This document shows positions 1-11,444 of a stretch of 40,927 bases of DNA, one piece after another. The stretch is taken from positions 62,001 to 102,927 of the forward strand of contig JAXLNO010000617.1 in NCBI GenBank assembly GCA_038087875.1. Reading direction: 5' to 3'. The DNA comes from Malacoraja senta. Taxonomy: Eukaryota. The position numbers and the translations under genes are program-made. How positions within the stretch are numbered: position 1 is the stretch's first letter; the number at the start of each line of letters is the position of its first letter. The notes beneath the pieces were generated by a model. The model made no database searches, was not told where the DNA came from, and saw only the letters and a program-made list of their open reading frames with translations.

Positions 1-1022
1 AAGTAGACACTTGTATCACGGTGCTTCTTGTAATATTATGTGTGTACCCTGTGAAGAACTGTGGCAGTGACCAACTGCTCTCCAGTATAAAATGCTGCAA
101 TGGTCAGGGAGAAGATTACAGAAAGTCTCTCTGTGGAGCAGCTGCCTGCTTGTCTCTGTGTGACAAACACACAGCACAGGAGGGGGATGTCTTTCTGTAA
201 CCATTCTTCAGTAAAGTATTTTGTCAGTTTATCTTGCCATCAATGCTCCAGTATCTGAGACTGAGATACTGATACAGGACTCACGTCAAAGTGTCAGATA
301 GTAAGTGTAGTCACCATGACAACCACCAGCACTTGCTGCTCACACTCACACTGGGGGTCCCGACCCACACATCAGCACTGAACAACAATCCATCCCCTCT
401 CCCCTCACTGACCCTTCTCTCCGAGTCTGGTGTTGCTTGAAGTGATTCCAGCAGCTGCAGACTCGGGCTTCGGATCAGCATTCAGCTGGGAGCAGGATCT
501 GGGAACAGGGAAGAACACGGAATCAATGGGTGTGAATTGGAGAGGGATGGTGGGAATAATGGGAATGAAGGGACGGGAATACCCGACCCACTTGAAGTGC
601 CAACCTGTCCGGGTCAGTCCCCGCGCAGGCATCCTCTGGGCTGCTTCTGTCCGCAGCCTGAACCTGCACCACCTCCTGCAGACAGACTGACAGAGACATT
701 CACCTCCCAGACCGCTCTCGGGAGTCTCCTGGAGGTTTCATTCCATCCCGGGAGATTCCCGGACAGTCCGGGTGTGGGGGCGAACCTAATGTTGAAATGT
801 AGAGTGGAATATCCAAACTTCACTGCAATTTACTGCCGTACAGGACATTGTATTTTATAAAGATCTGATGAGTTTAGTGCGGCATTCATGAAAGATGTTA
901 CATTTGAAACTTGATCAGCTGAACAAAACAGCACGAATGTTTATAAGAATACGGTTGAGAATCACTGTATGGCACGGTAACTGTAATACTGAAAGGAGTT
1001 ATCCTCTGTCTCTCTGATACAG

Positions 1023-1364
1023 ATTTATCTTATGGGATATACATACTTTACCGCTCCAGCACAGATCACAGTGAACTTCACCTGGTTTGTTCTGGGAGTT
1101 ATGGTGATAGCTATTCCCGTGCTCACTGGACCTGGACACCTCATCACCTAAAACAGCAGAAAGTAATAGCATCTGCAGAAGGTTCTCAGCCCAACAATGT
1201 CAAAGGGACCGACTTCGGGAAACGACTGGTGACCTCAGGGAAACCCTTCGATGGCAAGGATTTCAGTGTGAGGATTGTCCCCGTTTTGTTTCAAGATGCC
1301 GGAGTTTACACCTGTTTTCTGGAATCAAATCGATTTCGCACCATTTATCTAATCACAGTAAAAG
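1023..1364 (+). CDS. Exon A: Ig V-type domain
   Basis: ctctgatacAG acceptor, G|GTAGGA donor. Translates (D)LSYGIYILYRSSTDHSELHLVC...HWTW...FGKRL...DFSVRIVPVLFQDAGVYTCFL...LITVK, with B-strand Cys, C-strand Trp and the DxGxYxC motif. Confidence 0.9.
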
Positions 1365-1442
1365 GTAGGAGACAGAATGTTGCCACTGAGTTTACTGATG
1401 AACTTATTGTTTAAAATGTAAACAACCTGCTTGTTTCCACAG

Positions 1443-1703
1443 TCACAGCTGAACCGTCAGACGCAGTGACTGAGGGAGGCACCGTTACCCTGACCTGCTC
1501 TGTGTCTCACGTCATTGGGTCAATGAAACTGGTTTGGATCAATGGCGATGGCAAAAGTGTTGGAGAAAAGACACTGACCGGGAAAGAGAAATCACAGAGT
1601 CTGGTTATTTAGAAAGCTGAGAGAGGCAGAGGGAACTGGAGATGTGGTTTGTTTCATCAAGACCTGCCCCGGCTTTTTGTCCCGTACTATCAGGAGCCCC
1701 GTG
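1443..1703 (+). pseudogene. Exon B: Ig C2-type domain with WxC motif and an in-frame stop
   Basis: tttccacAG acceptor, G|GTAAGT donor. VTAEPSDAVTEGGTVTLTCSVSHVIGSMKLVWINGDGKSVGEKTLTGKEKSQSLVI*KAERGRGNWRCGLFHQDLPRLFVPYYQEPR, with TAG at 1610-1612. Confidence 0.88.
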
Positions 1704-2289
1704 GTAAGTGATAAGGGTTTGTTCTTCATACTTAGAGTCATGATTGAGTTTTGATGTCGCTTATTGATCCTGAAATTTGAGTGGAATATTTTCTTCCAGT
1801 TTGTGTGGTCTAACTCTGTTATGAATACCGAATTCTCAAATTTCAAATAACACTTCCCGAACCCCACTCCCCCCCCTTCATTGTGCACGAATTTATCCCA
1901 CCACCCAGTTATCTTATTCCCTTCCCTTCCTCTTTCAACTCATTTACCACCCCTTCTAATTGAAGAGTTTTCCTTTTATGTTCTTGCTCTACTTCCACCC
2001 ATATCCCTCCCTGTTACTGATCTGACTGTAGATCAGTCAGTATTAGTTGACCTGATCTATGTCATGTTTTACTGCATGCCGCTGTGTACTCAAACATCCA
2101 TCATATTATCTAGTCTGTTAGTCCAGCCCCTAGTTAGATTCGTTGCTGAGCTTGAGCTTACAACAGCCAAGTATTTGAGCTATGTGTGTTTACTATAACA
2201 AACAACTTATTCTTATGTATGGATCCTGTTATTACACATGTTTATACTGACAACCTTTTGTCTCCATTCCACCCCTCCATTTTGTCATT

Positions 2290-2530
2290 TTCTCCATCCA
2301 TCTACTCATCGCCATTCCCCACCTGTATCCACCTATCACTCACCATGCTTTGTCTCATGCCTACTTCCCTTCCCCAGTTGTCACTCTCCCATTCCATCAG
2401 TCTGAGAATGCATCCTGACATGAAACGTCATCAATCCATTCCCTCCACAGATGCTGCCTGACCCATTGAGTTTCTCCAACACTTTGCGTTTGATCAACAT
2501 TCCACAATCTGCAGTTTCTTGTGTCTCCAA
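2290..2530 (+). mobile_element. Penelope-like element terminal fragment (degenerate)
   Basis: catcagtctgagaa...gaaacgtca...cagatgctgcctgaccc...gagtttctccaac matches the end of the Penelope RT-bearing copy at 25657-26253. Confidence 0.55.
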
Positions 2531-2707
2531 GGAGACCCACTGGCCAGCGTGGACAGATTGCTGCAGAGGGCCTGTTTCCATGCTGTTCCATGATGATGAA
2601 TTATAACGTACAACTTAGTAAAGATGAATTCTCTGCAATATTGCTAATGACAAGGTCAGTGAAAAATTATTGTCCAACATTTACACATTTGTTCTCTTTT
2701 CCTACAG

Positions 2708-3052
2708 GAAGTGGACATTCTATTTACTTTTTCCATCAGGAAGGCAACTTTGTATTGAAAGGACCAGACAGTCCTGGAAATGGCCCCATTGACTTGGAAT
2801 GGAGGCCACACTCAGGGCAACAAACCACAAAGCGATTGGCCACTTTCCGCAGAGAAGATCAGCAGTGGGCCGTACAATGGAGTGATGAGTACAATCAAAT
2901 ACCAGGCATCTCCCAGAGGATGCATGCGGACTGGGGTACCCTTAATCTGAGGATCAGGATGCCCACATTCAAACTTGCAGGACTGTTCATCTGGAATCAG
3001 ACACAGCCCGCTGGGAAATTCCTGAGACAGCGGGAAGTATTTGGGATCAGAG
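2708..3052 (+). CDS. Exon C: cysteine-free V-like Ig domain
   Basis: ttttcctacAG acceptor, G|GTAATA donor, 115 open codons. GSGHSIYFFHQEGNFVLKGP...LEWRP...KRLATF...SQRMHADWGTLNLRIRMPTFKLAGLFIW...EVFGIR has V-set spacing of W, R and AGLF but no Cys. Confidence 0.8.
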
Positions 3053-3461
3053 GTAATAGAGTCATAATGTTACACAGCACTGAATCAGGCCCTTTGGCCC
3101 AATTCATCCATACTGACCAACTACCAATCTAAACGTCCCATTTGCCCTCATTTGGCCCTTATCCCTTTAACCTTTTCGTTCCCATGTACCTGTTTAAATG
3201 CCCTTTAAATGCTGTACCTGCATCAAACACTTCCTCTGCACGATCTTTGCATAAAGTATGTTCATGTACCACACTTTTTGTCAAAAAACTGCCCCTAATA
3301 TTAAGGGGTATATCTAATCTGCCCCTCTCACCTTAAACATGTACTAACTAGTTTTTGATTCCTCAACCCTGGAAAAAAGACCATGTGCGTTTACTATAGA
3401 TATGCCTCTCATGATTTTATTCACTCCCATATAATCTCTGTTAAAGACATCCAAGAAATAT

Positions 3462-3648
3462 AATCAGTCTGAAGAAGGGTCTCAACCTGAAACGTCACCT
3501 ATCTATGTTCTCTAGAGTTCAAAGGTCTTTTATTGTCACGTGTACCCATTAAGGGGCAGTGATATTCATATTAACAGACCTGCTGAATTACTCCTGCACT
3601 TTATGTCCTTTTATATATTAACCAGCATCTGCAGTTCTGTGTTTCTAC
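3462..3648 (+). mobile_element. Penelope-like terminal fragment with hammerhead-like core, interrupted
   Basis: cagtCTGAAGAagggtctcaacctGAAACgtc at 3465-3496, followed later by gacctgctgaattactcc...gcatctgcagttc. Confidence 0.55.
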
Positions 3649-3667
3649 TATACTAAAAACATCCGTA

Positions 3668-3886
3668 CCTGGAAGTGTTGATGTGGGAGACGAGGGGGCG
3701 AGGGAGACAGGTGGTCACTACCTGGAAGTGTTGATGTGGGAGACGAGGGGGCGTGGGGGACAGGTGGTCACTACCAGGAAGTGTTGATGTGGGAGACGAG
3801 GGGGGCGAGGGGGACAGGTGGTCACTACCAGGAAGTGTTGATGTGGGAGACGAGGGGGACAGGCGGTCACTACCAGGAAGTGTTGA
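3668..3886. repeat. Intronic minisatellite, ~53-bp unit, ~4.3 copies
   Basis: Unit cc(t/a)ggaagtgttgatgtgggagacgagggggcgagggggacaggtggtcacta starts at 3668, 3721, 3774, 3828 and 3873. Confidence 0.95.
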
Positions 3887-4010
3887 CGACATCACTGAGC
3901 ACGGCAGCTCAACATTCAGCCGACTGTCTGTCTGCAGGAAAAAGACAATTCTGCCCACAGTAGTTCAGAAAGCTGTTGGTGAACTGAACCACATGTGTCT
4001 GTTTCCACAG

Positions 4011-4283
4011 TTGAGGCAGACTCACCGAGGCCAGTGATGGGCAGTGACATCACCCTCAGCTGTACCATCTCCAGACTCCCAGATACCATCAGTCTTCACT
4101 GGAAACCAAGAGGCTCATCTCAGCAGAACAGAAGGAACAACGCTCATCAGATCCGTCTGAATAACGCCGTCTATCTGATGGTCCAACACGTTGGAGAAGG
4201 AAATCCCAATCTGTACACATGGGAAGTGCAGGAAAATGGCTCCATTGTTCTCACTGGAGACACCAATGTTGAAGTGGATCAGG
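4011..4283 (+). CDS. Exon D: Ig C2-like domain, F-strand Cys replaced by Trp
   Basis: gtttccacAG acceptor, G|GTGAGT donor. VEADSPRPVMGSDITLSCTISRLPDTISLHWKP...YLMVQHV...LYTWEVQENGSIVLTGDTNVEVDQ. Confidence 0.85.
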
Positions 4284-4605
4284 GTGAGTCCAAAGCTGCC
4301 TTGCAGCAGGTATTAAATAGTTATTGATACCAAACTGTTCCACATGTTGTATAGTGAGCACTGACTCCACCCGTGGGCTTCCACACTGCAGGATGTGGAC
4401 ATTGCCTTTACCCTGGGACATGGTGTAAATATAAAATGGTGGCACTAAGATTGATAGAGCAACACAGGAGAACCAAGGGGTCCATTTCAGTTCACCTGCA
4501 TGAATCAAAGAAAATAATATCCAGTGATGGAAATAACATCTAGTTTTCAGTGTATAACAGAAGAGGAAAATATGAACTAATTCAAGTATAAATGCAGAGG
4601 GAATA

Positions 4606-5222
4606 TCAGAATCAGAATCAGAATCACATTTTATTGGCCACGTAATCATACACAAGGAATTTGACAGTGCTTTGCTCGCATATGGTAAAAACACGATATA
4701 CAACAGACAATTAAAAATAAAACATTATAATTTAAACATGTGAAAATAAAGTACCGGAGTAACAAGAGGCTACCGACTTTTGGCTGTTGAGTAGAGCTAC
4801 GGCTCGTGGGAAGAAGCTGTTTTTATGTCTGGCTGTGGCAGCTTTGACAATCCGGAGTCGCCTTCCAGAGGGAAGTGATTCAAAGAGTTTGTGGCCAGGG
4901 TGAGAGGGCTCAGAGATGATCTTGCCCGCTCGCTTCCTGGCCCTTGTAGTGTACAGTTCATCAATGGAGGGAAGGTTGCAGCCAATAACCTTCTCTGCTG
5001 ATCGGACGATTCGCTGCAGACTCCAGGTGTCGTGTTTGGTGGCTGAGCCAAACCAGACCATGATGGAGAAGGTGAGGACAGACTCTATGATGGCCGTGTA
5101 GAATTGGACCATCATTGCCTGTGGCAGGTTGTGTTTCCTCAGCTGCCGCAGGAAGTACATCCTCTGTTGGGACTTTTTGACTGTGGAGTCGATGGTGGCC
5201 TCCCAGTTAAGGCGCTGGAGAT
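4606..5222 (-). mobile_element. Rex1/Babar-type LINE, 3' fragment
   Basis: C-terminal RT region KKSQQRMYFLRQLRK...FYTAIIESVLTFSIMVWFGS...HPGHKLFESLPSGRR...SFFP, with a (TGATTC)n 3' tail at 4606-4626. Confidence 0.85.
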
Positions 5223-6546
5223 GATACATAGATACATAGATACATAGAAAATAGGTGCAGGAGTAGGCCATTCGGCCCTTCGAGCCTGCACCGCCATTCA
5301 ATATGATCATGGCTGATCATCCAACTCAGTATCCCGTACCTGCATTCTCTCCATACCCCTGATCCCTTTAGCCACAAGGGCCACATCTAACTCCCTCTTA
5401 AATATAGCCAATGAACTGGCCTCAACTACCCTCTGTGGCAGAGAGTTCCAGAGATTCACCACTCTCTGTGTGAAAAAGTTTTTTCTCATCTCGGTCTTAA
5501 AGGATTTCCTCCTTATCCTTAAGCTGTGACCCCTTGTCCTGGACTTCCCCAACATCGGGAACAATCTTCCTGCATCTAGCCTGTCCAACCCCATAAGAAT
5601 TTTGTACGTTTCTATAAGATCCCCTCTCAATCTACTAAATTCTAGCGAGTATAAGCCAAGTCTATCCAGTCTTTCTTCATATGAAAGTCCTGACATCCCA
5701 GGAATCAGTCTGGTGAACCTTCTCTGCACTCCCTCTATGGCTATAATGTCCTTCCTCAGATTTGGAGACCAAAACTGTACGCAATACTCCAGGTGTGGTC
5801 TCACCAAGACCCTGTACAACTGCAGTAGAACCTCCCTGCTCCTATATTCAAATCCTCTTGCTATGAAGGCCAACATACCATTCGCTTTCTTCACTGCCTG
5901 CTGCACCTGCATGCCTACTTTCAATGACTGGTGTACCATGACACCCAGGTCTCGCTGCATCTCCCCATTTCCTAATCGGCCACCATTTAGATAATAGTCT
6001 GCCTTCCCTTTTTTGCCACCAAGGTGGATAACCTTACATTTATCCACATTATACTGCATCTGCCAAACATTTGCCCACTCACCCAGCCTATCCAAGTCAC
6101 CCTGCAGTCTCCTAGCATCCTCCTCACAGCTAACACTGCCCCCCAGCTTAGTGTCATCCGCAAACTTGGAGATGTTGCTTTCAATTCCCTCGTCCAGATC
6201 ATTAATATAAATTGTAAATAGCTGGGGTCCCAGCACTGAGCCTTGCGGTACCCCACTAGTCAATGCCTGCCATTGTGAAAAGGACCCGTTTACTCCTACT
6301 CTTTGCTTCCTGTTTGCCAGCCAGTTCTCTATCCACATCAATACTGAACCCCCAATACCGTGTGATTTAAGTTTGTATCCTAATCTCTTATGTGGTAACT
6401 TGTCGAAAGCCTTCTGAAAGTCCAGATACAACACATCCACTGGTTCTCCCCTATCAACTCTACTAGTTACATCGTCGAAAAATTCTATAAGATTCGTCAG
6501 ACACGATTTACCTTTCGTAAATCCATGCTGACTTTGTCCAATGATG
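5223..6546 (-). mobile_element. CR1-clade LINE, 5'-truncated, RT frame open
   Basis: ORF 5307-6572 has QHGF..GKSCLTNL, YLDFQKAFD, GVPQGSVLGP and FADD. The 3' tail is an octamer repeat (CTATGTAT)n. Confidence 0.95.
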
Positions 6547-6749
6547 ATTCCGAAGAAATTAAATGACTCCACAGTTGTGATTGTGGTGTTGTTGAAGATG
6601 AGTGGGGGGAGGGGAGGGGGAGCTCTACAATCAGGAGGGGAGGATTGAGTCTACAATCAATTCCACTATCTTATGAGCACTGAGCTTCAGGTTGTTGCGA
6701 TGTGAACAGGACACCAGCTTTATAATTAGGGTGACTTGGACATCGTGCT

Positions 6750-7126
6750 GAAGTAAGCATGCAGGTACAGCAGGCAATGGAGAAAGCAAATGGCATGTTG
6801 GCCTTCATAGCGAGATGATTTGAGTATAGGAGCAAAGAGATCCTACTGCAGTTGTACGGAGCCCTGGTGAGACCGCACCTGGAGTATTGTGTGCAGTTTT
6901 GGACGCCTAGTTTGAGAAGGGACATTTTTGCTATCGAGGGAGTGCAGCATAGGTTCACCAGGTTAATTCCTGGAATGGCGGACTGACATATGATGAACGA
7001 ATGGATCGACTGGGTTTATATTCACTGAAATTATAGATCTTATAGAAACGTATAAAATTATTAAGAGATTGGGCAGGCTAGATGCAGGAAAATGTTCCCC
7101 ATGTTGGGCGAGTCCAGAACCAGGGT
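6750..7126 (+). mobile_element. CR1 LINE fragment (degenerate)
   Basis: Nucleotide match to the KANGMLAFI...[11 protein letters not shown] region of the other CR1 copies, with stops and indels. Confidence 0.85.
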
Positions 7127-7234
7127 TCCCAGCTGACATCCCAGAGCCGTGGGTTTGTCCCTGTGGAAACTCACAACATTTTATCTCGGCGTGTGTGGAA
7201 ATCTAATTCTTTGTTCCCTGTCCCTCTCTTGCAG

Positions 7235-7573
7235 AGTTACATAACAAGACGTACACAGTTTATCGCTCAGTCACAGATCACAGTGAACTCGACCTGATTT
7301 GTGAAGCTTCTCCTGAGCTCAATGAAACGAAATGGACTTGGAGATCACAACGTTTCCAAAATCAAGAGAAGGAAATAGCTTCTTCTCACAGGAATGAGCC
7401 GATACATGTCGACAGGAGCTACTTTGGGAATCGACTGGAAACCACAGATGGAAATGTGAATGGCAAGAATTTCCATGTGAGGTTTGTACCCGTGCAGTTT
7501 GCAGATGCCGGAGTTTACACATGTTCCACGGGATCAAATATATATGTGAACATTGAACTAATCACAGTTACAG
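7235..7573 (+). CDS. Exon E: Ig V-type domain, paralogue of exon A
   Basis: cctctcttgcAG acceptor, G|GTAGGA donor. ELHNKTYTVYRSVTDHSELDLICEAS...KWTW...FGNRL...NFHVRFVPVQFADAGVYTCST...LITVT. Not called by the ORF track. Confidence 0.9.
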
Positions 7574-8375
7574 GTAGGAGACTGGTTGTTACTACTTTCA
7601 AGAATTAAGTTACTGGTGTAGAGTTTCTAATCTGAGTACAGACTGCAATGTCAGCAGAAATTCCCAAGTTTGAAGAATTATTTTACCTCCAGAGCTTCCT
7701 CTTCAACTTATTTGTATTTTGCTGAACCCAAAATCTGCCCTAAACCAACATTATTGGGAAGCACATCAAATGTTATTTTCATTTATTTTGCTGAAAACAC
7801 ATTGTTCTATACATAAGGGCGGGAATAAGATGAAATGTGATTCACAAAGGTGCAAATGAGCTTCCCTCGAAAATATTTTAAAAATCATTCAACTTCTCTT
7901 AACACATTCCCCAAGTTTCTTTGACTCCAAACGACCCATCCTAATTTTTGAAGGCTCACTGGAGGCTTAAAACTGTGTGTATTTTGTGGAATTTATCGTT
8001 TAATATTTACCTGGATGAGTGTTGTGGCCAACACTGTGGCCAGAGACACTGATGTGGGCATTAGTTGCTCTTTGTATAATTAGTTCAAAACTGTTGTGAA
8101 TGATTATGGAAAAGACACTTGGAGAGGTACATGGATGGGAAAGGTGCAGAGGGATATGGGCCAAATATGGGAACATATTTTAGATGGAGCATCTTGGTCG
8201 GCATGGATGAGTTGGGCTGAATGGACCGAATTGTTTCATGCTGTATGACTATGCCTCTAACTCTTGTTGTGTAATATAATTTTTACACTTAGAACGCCAG
8301 ATACTGGTGCCAAAGTACTGAGAAAAACACAATCCAGACAAAATTCATTGTTTTACGATTTTCTTCTTTCCACAG

Positions 8376-8645
8376 TCACAACTGAACCATCTGGCGCAGT
8401 GACTGAGGGAAGAAAGATGACCCTGACCTGCTCTGTGTCTCATGTCACTGAGTCAATGAGACTGGTTTGGATCAATGATGAAGGCAAAGATGTAGAGGAG
8501 AAAAATCTCATGCAAACAAAGCAGGAGGACAATTCTTTGCAGCTGATTATTGCAATAGCTGATGGAGTAAGAAGGAAATGGACATGTGGTTTGTTTCATC
8601 AAAGCACAGCCAAGGTTTCCATTCCATATAATCTGCAGGTGAACA
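8376..8645 (+). CDS. Exon F: Ig C2-type domain with WxC motif, paralogue of exon B; donor mutated
   Basis: ttctttccacAG acceptor. VTTEPSGAVTEGRKMTLTCSVSHVTESMRLVWIN...KWTCGLFHQSTAKVSIPYNLQVN. The position aligned with exon B's GTAAGT donor reads GGAAGT (8646-8651). Confidence 0.85.
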
Positions 8646-9261
8646 GGAAGTTTCTTAGCTTCTGCTCTTCGTTATCTCGACACAGAGTGCTTGTCACGTT
8701 GCTATTCTTTTTGGATAACTTTTAACATTCCATGTCTTACTGCAAGTAGAGCTCAATCATAGACATTTCCTTCAAACCTCTTGTCCATGCCTATAAGGTC
8801 ACTTCTATTGTAAGTAGTCCAGGTCTCTGAAGCACATGGGAGCACATGGATCACTACTGCTGGCAGACCACTGACCAAGACCTGTGTTGGCCATCTCATT
8901 GAAGGTGATCGAGAATTTCATCATCAATGTCTGTCCTTGTTGATAAGTGTCTCCACAGGTATGAAAACTGGTCCAGTAGTATGAAAACCAGTGTGTCAGT
9001 GTGAACCTTTTTGTCAGAGGTCAGTATAGTAAGGTGGGCAGCTTGGTGGAAGATCTTTGCCATAACACCCAAACTGTGCCCCTTAAAGATCACAAAAGTA
9101 GTGAAAATCATCTTACAAATAGTTGTACAAGTTTCTTTCCCCTGTTCTGATGCTGTAAAACATTACAGCAGTTGAAGCATCCACAGTAACTTCACCAAAG
9201 GCTGCCATGTGAGAACAGAAGATGTGGGGGAGGAAATACTGATGTCTTCACCTTGTCTGAC

Positions 9262-9566
9262 CATGGTGGCGCAGTGGTAGAGTTGCTGCCTTACAGCGCC
9301 AGGGACCCGGGTTCAATCCTGACTACAGGTGCTGTCTGTATGGAGTTTGTACCTTCATCCCGTGCTCTGCGTGGGTTTTCTCCAGGATTTCCGTTTTTCT
9401 CCCAAATTCCAAAGATGTACAAGTTTGTAGGTTAATAGGCTTGGTTTGATTGTATGTTGTCCCTGGTGTGTGTAGGATAGTGTTAGTCTGTGGGAATCGC
9501 TGGTTGGTGCGGACTCGGCGAGCAGAAGGGCCTGTTTCTGCTCTGTATCTCTAAACTAAACTAAAC
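9262..9566 (+). mobile_element. tRNA-derived SINE (HE1/V-SINE-like)
   Basis: A box tggcgcagtgg, B box ggttcaatcc, central core ggagtttgtac...gcgtgggttttctcc, CR1-like 3' end and a (CTAAA)n tail. Confidence 0.9.
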
Positions 9567-10330
9567 ACGCCCTTTCCTCCCAATCCCACCCATCCATTAA
9601 TCCCTGCCCTTCATGTGGCCCCAAGCCTCGGTGAAAGACATTTTGTACAATGCTGACATAAGGCAAAGCACTGATCCCTAACAGAGGAAGATCCTGTCAA
9701 CACCCAGGCACAAAGAAACAATCTCCACCACACATAGATCAATGAAGAGTCAGTGAAGCACAAAGTGGGAAGTATCAATGTCCCAACAGGAACACTTTAA
9801 TTCCTCACAGATAATCACATCATCCAATAATAGAATTGTGGAATGGTTGTAGCACAGAAGGTGGCCATTTGACCCATCATATCCATGCTAACTCTCATCC
9901 AGCGCAACTCGCTAATTCTACCCCCTCTCCTTTTGCCATCACATTGCAGCTTTTTCATCACTATATATTTGTCCAATTCTCTCTGGAAAGCCACGATAGA
10001 ACCCAGCTCCCCAACTGATGCAGACAGTACACTTCAGACTCCAACTACCCGCTGCCTAAAAAGGTTTTCATCAAGTCATTCTAACATGTTTTCCCCTTTA
10101 TTTTAAACCTATAACTTTTTGTGCTCAGCCTTTCCACTGAAGGGAGCATCCTTCCACGATCCATTCTGTTCAGAATAAATAAATGATGCATAAATGAACA
10201 ATGATACCATTGATGTGATGAAAGAGCATTATTGACTCTTATCTTCAAACTCTCTCTTCAGTGTGCCATGGTAATAACTGGGCAGAGAACAGCCATAAAA
10301 AGAATCTCAGTTATACCAACCATGTTTACT

Positions 10331-10637
10331 GTTTAGTTTAGGTTAGAGATACAGCGCGGAAACGGCCCACCAGGTCCACGCCAACCAGCGATTCCCGCAT
10401 ATTAACACTATCCTACACCCACTAGGGACAATTTTTACATTTACCAAGCCAATTAACCTACAAACCTGTACGTCTTTGGAGTGTGGAAGGAAACCGAGGA
10501 TCTCGGAGAAAACCCATGCAGGTCCCGGGGAGAAAGTACAAACTCCGTACAGACAGCACCCGCAGTCGGGATCGAGTCCGGGTCTCCGGCGCTGCATTCA
10601 CTGTAAGGCAGCAACTCTACCGCTGCGCCACCGTGCG
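10331..10637 (-). mobile_element. tRNA-derived SINE (HE1/V-SINE-like)
   Basis: Reverse-complement copy of the 9262-9566 family with tRNA head and (CTAAA)n tail. Confidence 0.9.
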
Positions 10638-11444
10638 GCATTCATTGTGTCATCTCTTTGTGACATGTTTACAGTTTGACTTGCTGATTCAACTGCTTCA
10701 ATGCATCATCTGATGTGATTATTTGACTGAACACAGCAACCTGCTCCCTGATGGTCACTGTGTGCTATAGGTTGGTGTTATTAATCCTTACTCCTGGCGA
10801 GCAGCAGTCTCCCCCTGGGAGAGGACAACAGGGTTCTGACTACAGTCGGCTGAGAGTTCACTGAGGAATGAAGACTTTGGTTGTCCTCTGCCTGTGCCTC
10901 AGTGCCAGTAATATCCTGCTCCGTCAGCCGTTGCACCAAGGGAGAGGCCACCCCCATCCACACCCACTCCCACTGTGGTGTCCCCACCTCCCAGATAGGA
11001 AATCTGTGCTCCCGGCTGAGCAGAAGCCTCCCCATGTACGCTCATCTAGCACAGTCTCACTATGGAACTTTATTTTACAAGGGTCGCGCACACCAGCCTC
11101 TCCATCCTTTGGCCTCATTGCAGACTGATGCTTTTGGGTGTTGAGCTGTCCTTAAAGGGCAGGAGATATCAACCAGTGAGTGAATAGATTAGTTGGTGTG
11201 TGGAATTAATGCATGTATCAACCATCTCCAATTTTACACTAAAAACACATGAAGATGTGCTCATTAGGATTGCAATAATAATGTGTTCAACCTCATTGAC
11301 ATCAGTAGGCAATGGTTACATGCACAGTGCAGTCTTAGTACTTGAAGACCAAAACTAATTTTAGGAGTTGAAAATCGGAATGAAAACTAATAATAATAAT
11401 CAGCAGGACAGATAGGAACTGTGAAAGAGGAACAACTGTGAAAG

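Noticed and set aside
1..860. Leader exon or promoter for the receptor; short ORFs on both strands
   Set aside because: No ATG plus hydrophobic stretch plus phase-1 donor was found on the + strand, and the ORFs have no recognisable motifs.
1023..7573. V exons as rearranging Ig/TCR segments (CACAGTG at ~1068 and ~7279)
   Set aside because: The heptamers are inside coding sequence (DHSE) with no nonamer at 12/23 spacing, and the exons end in splice donors with a complete G strand.
10868..11128. ORF starting MKTLVVLCLCLSAS, signal-peptide-like
   Set aside because: It lies inside the receptor intron, has no suitable donor after the leader and no recognisable mature domain.
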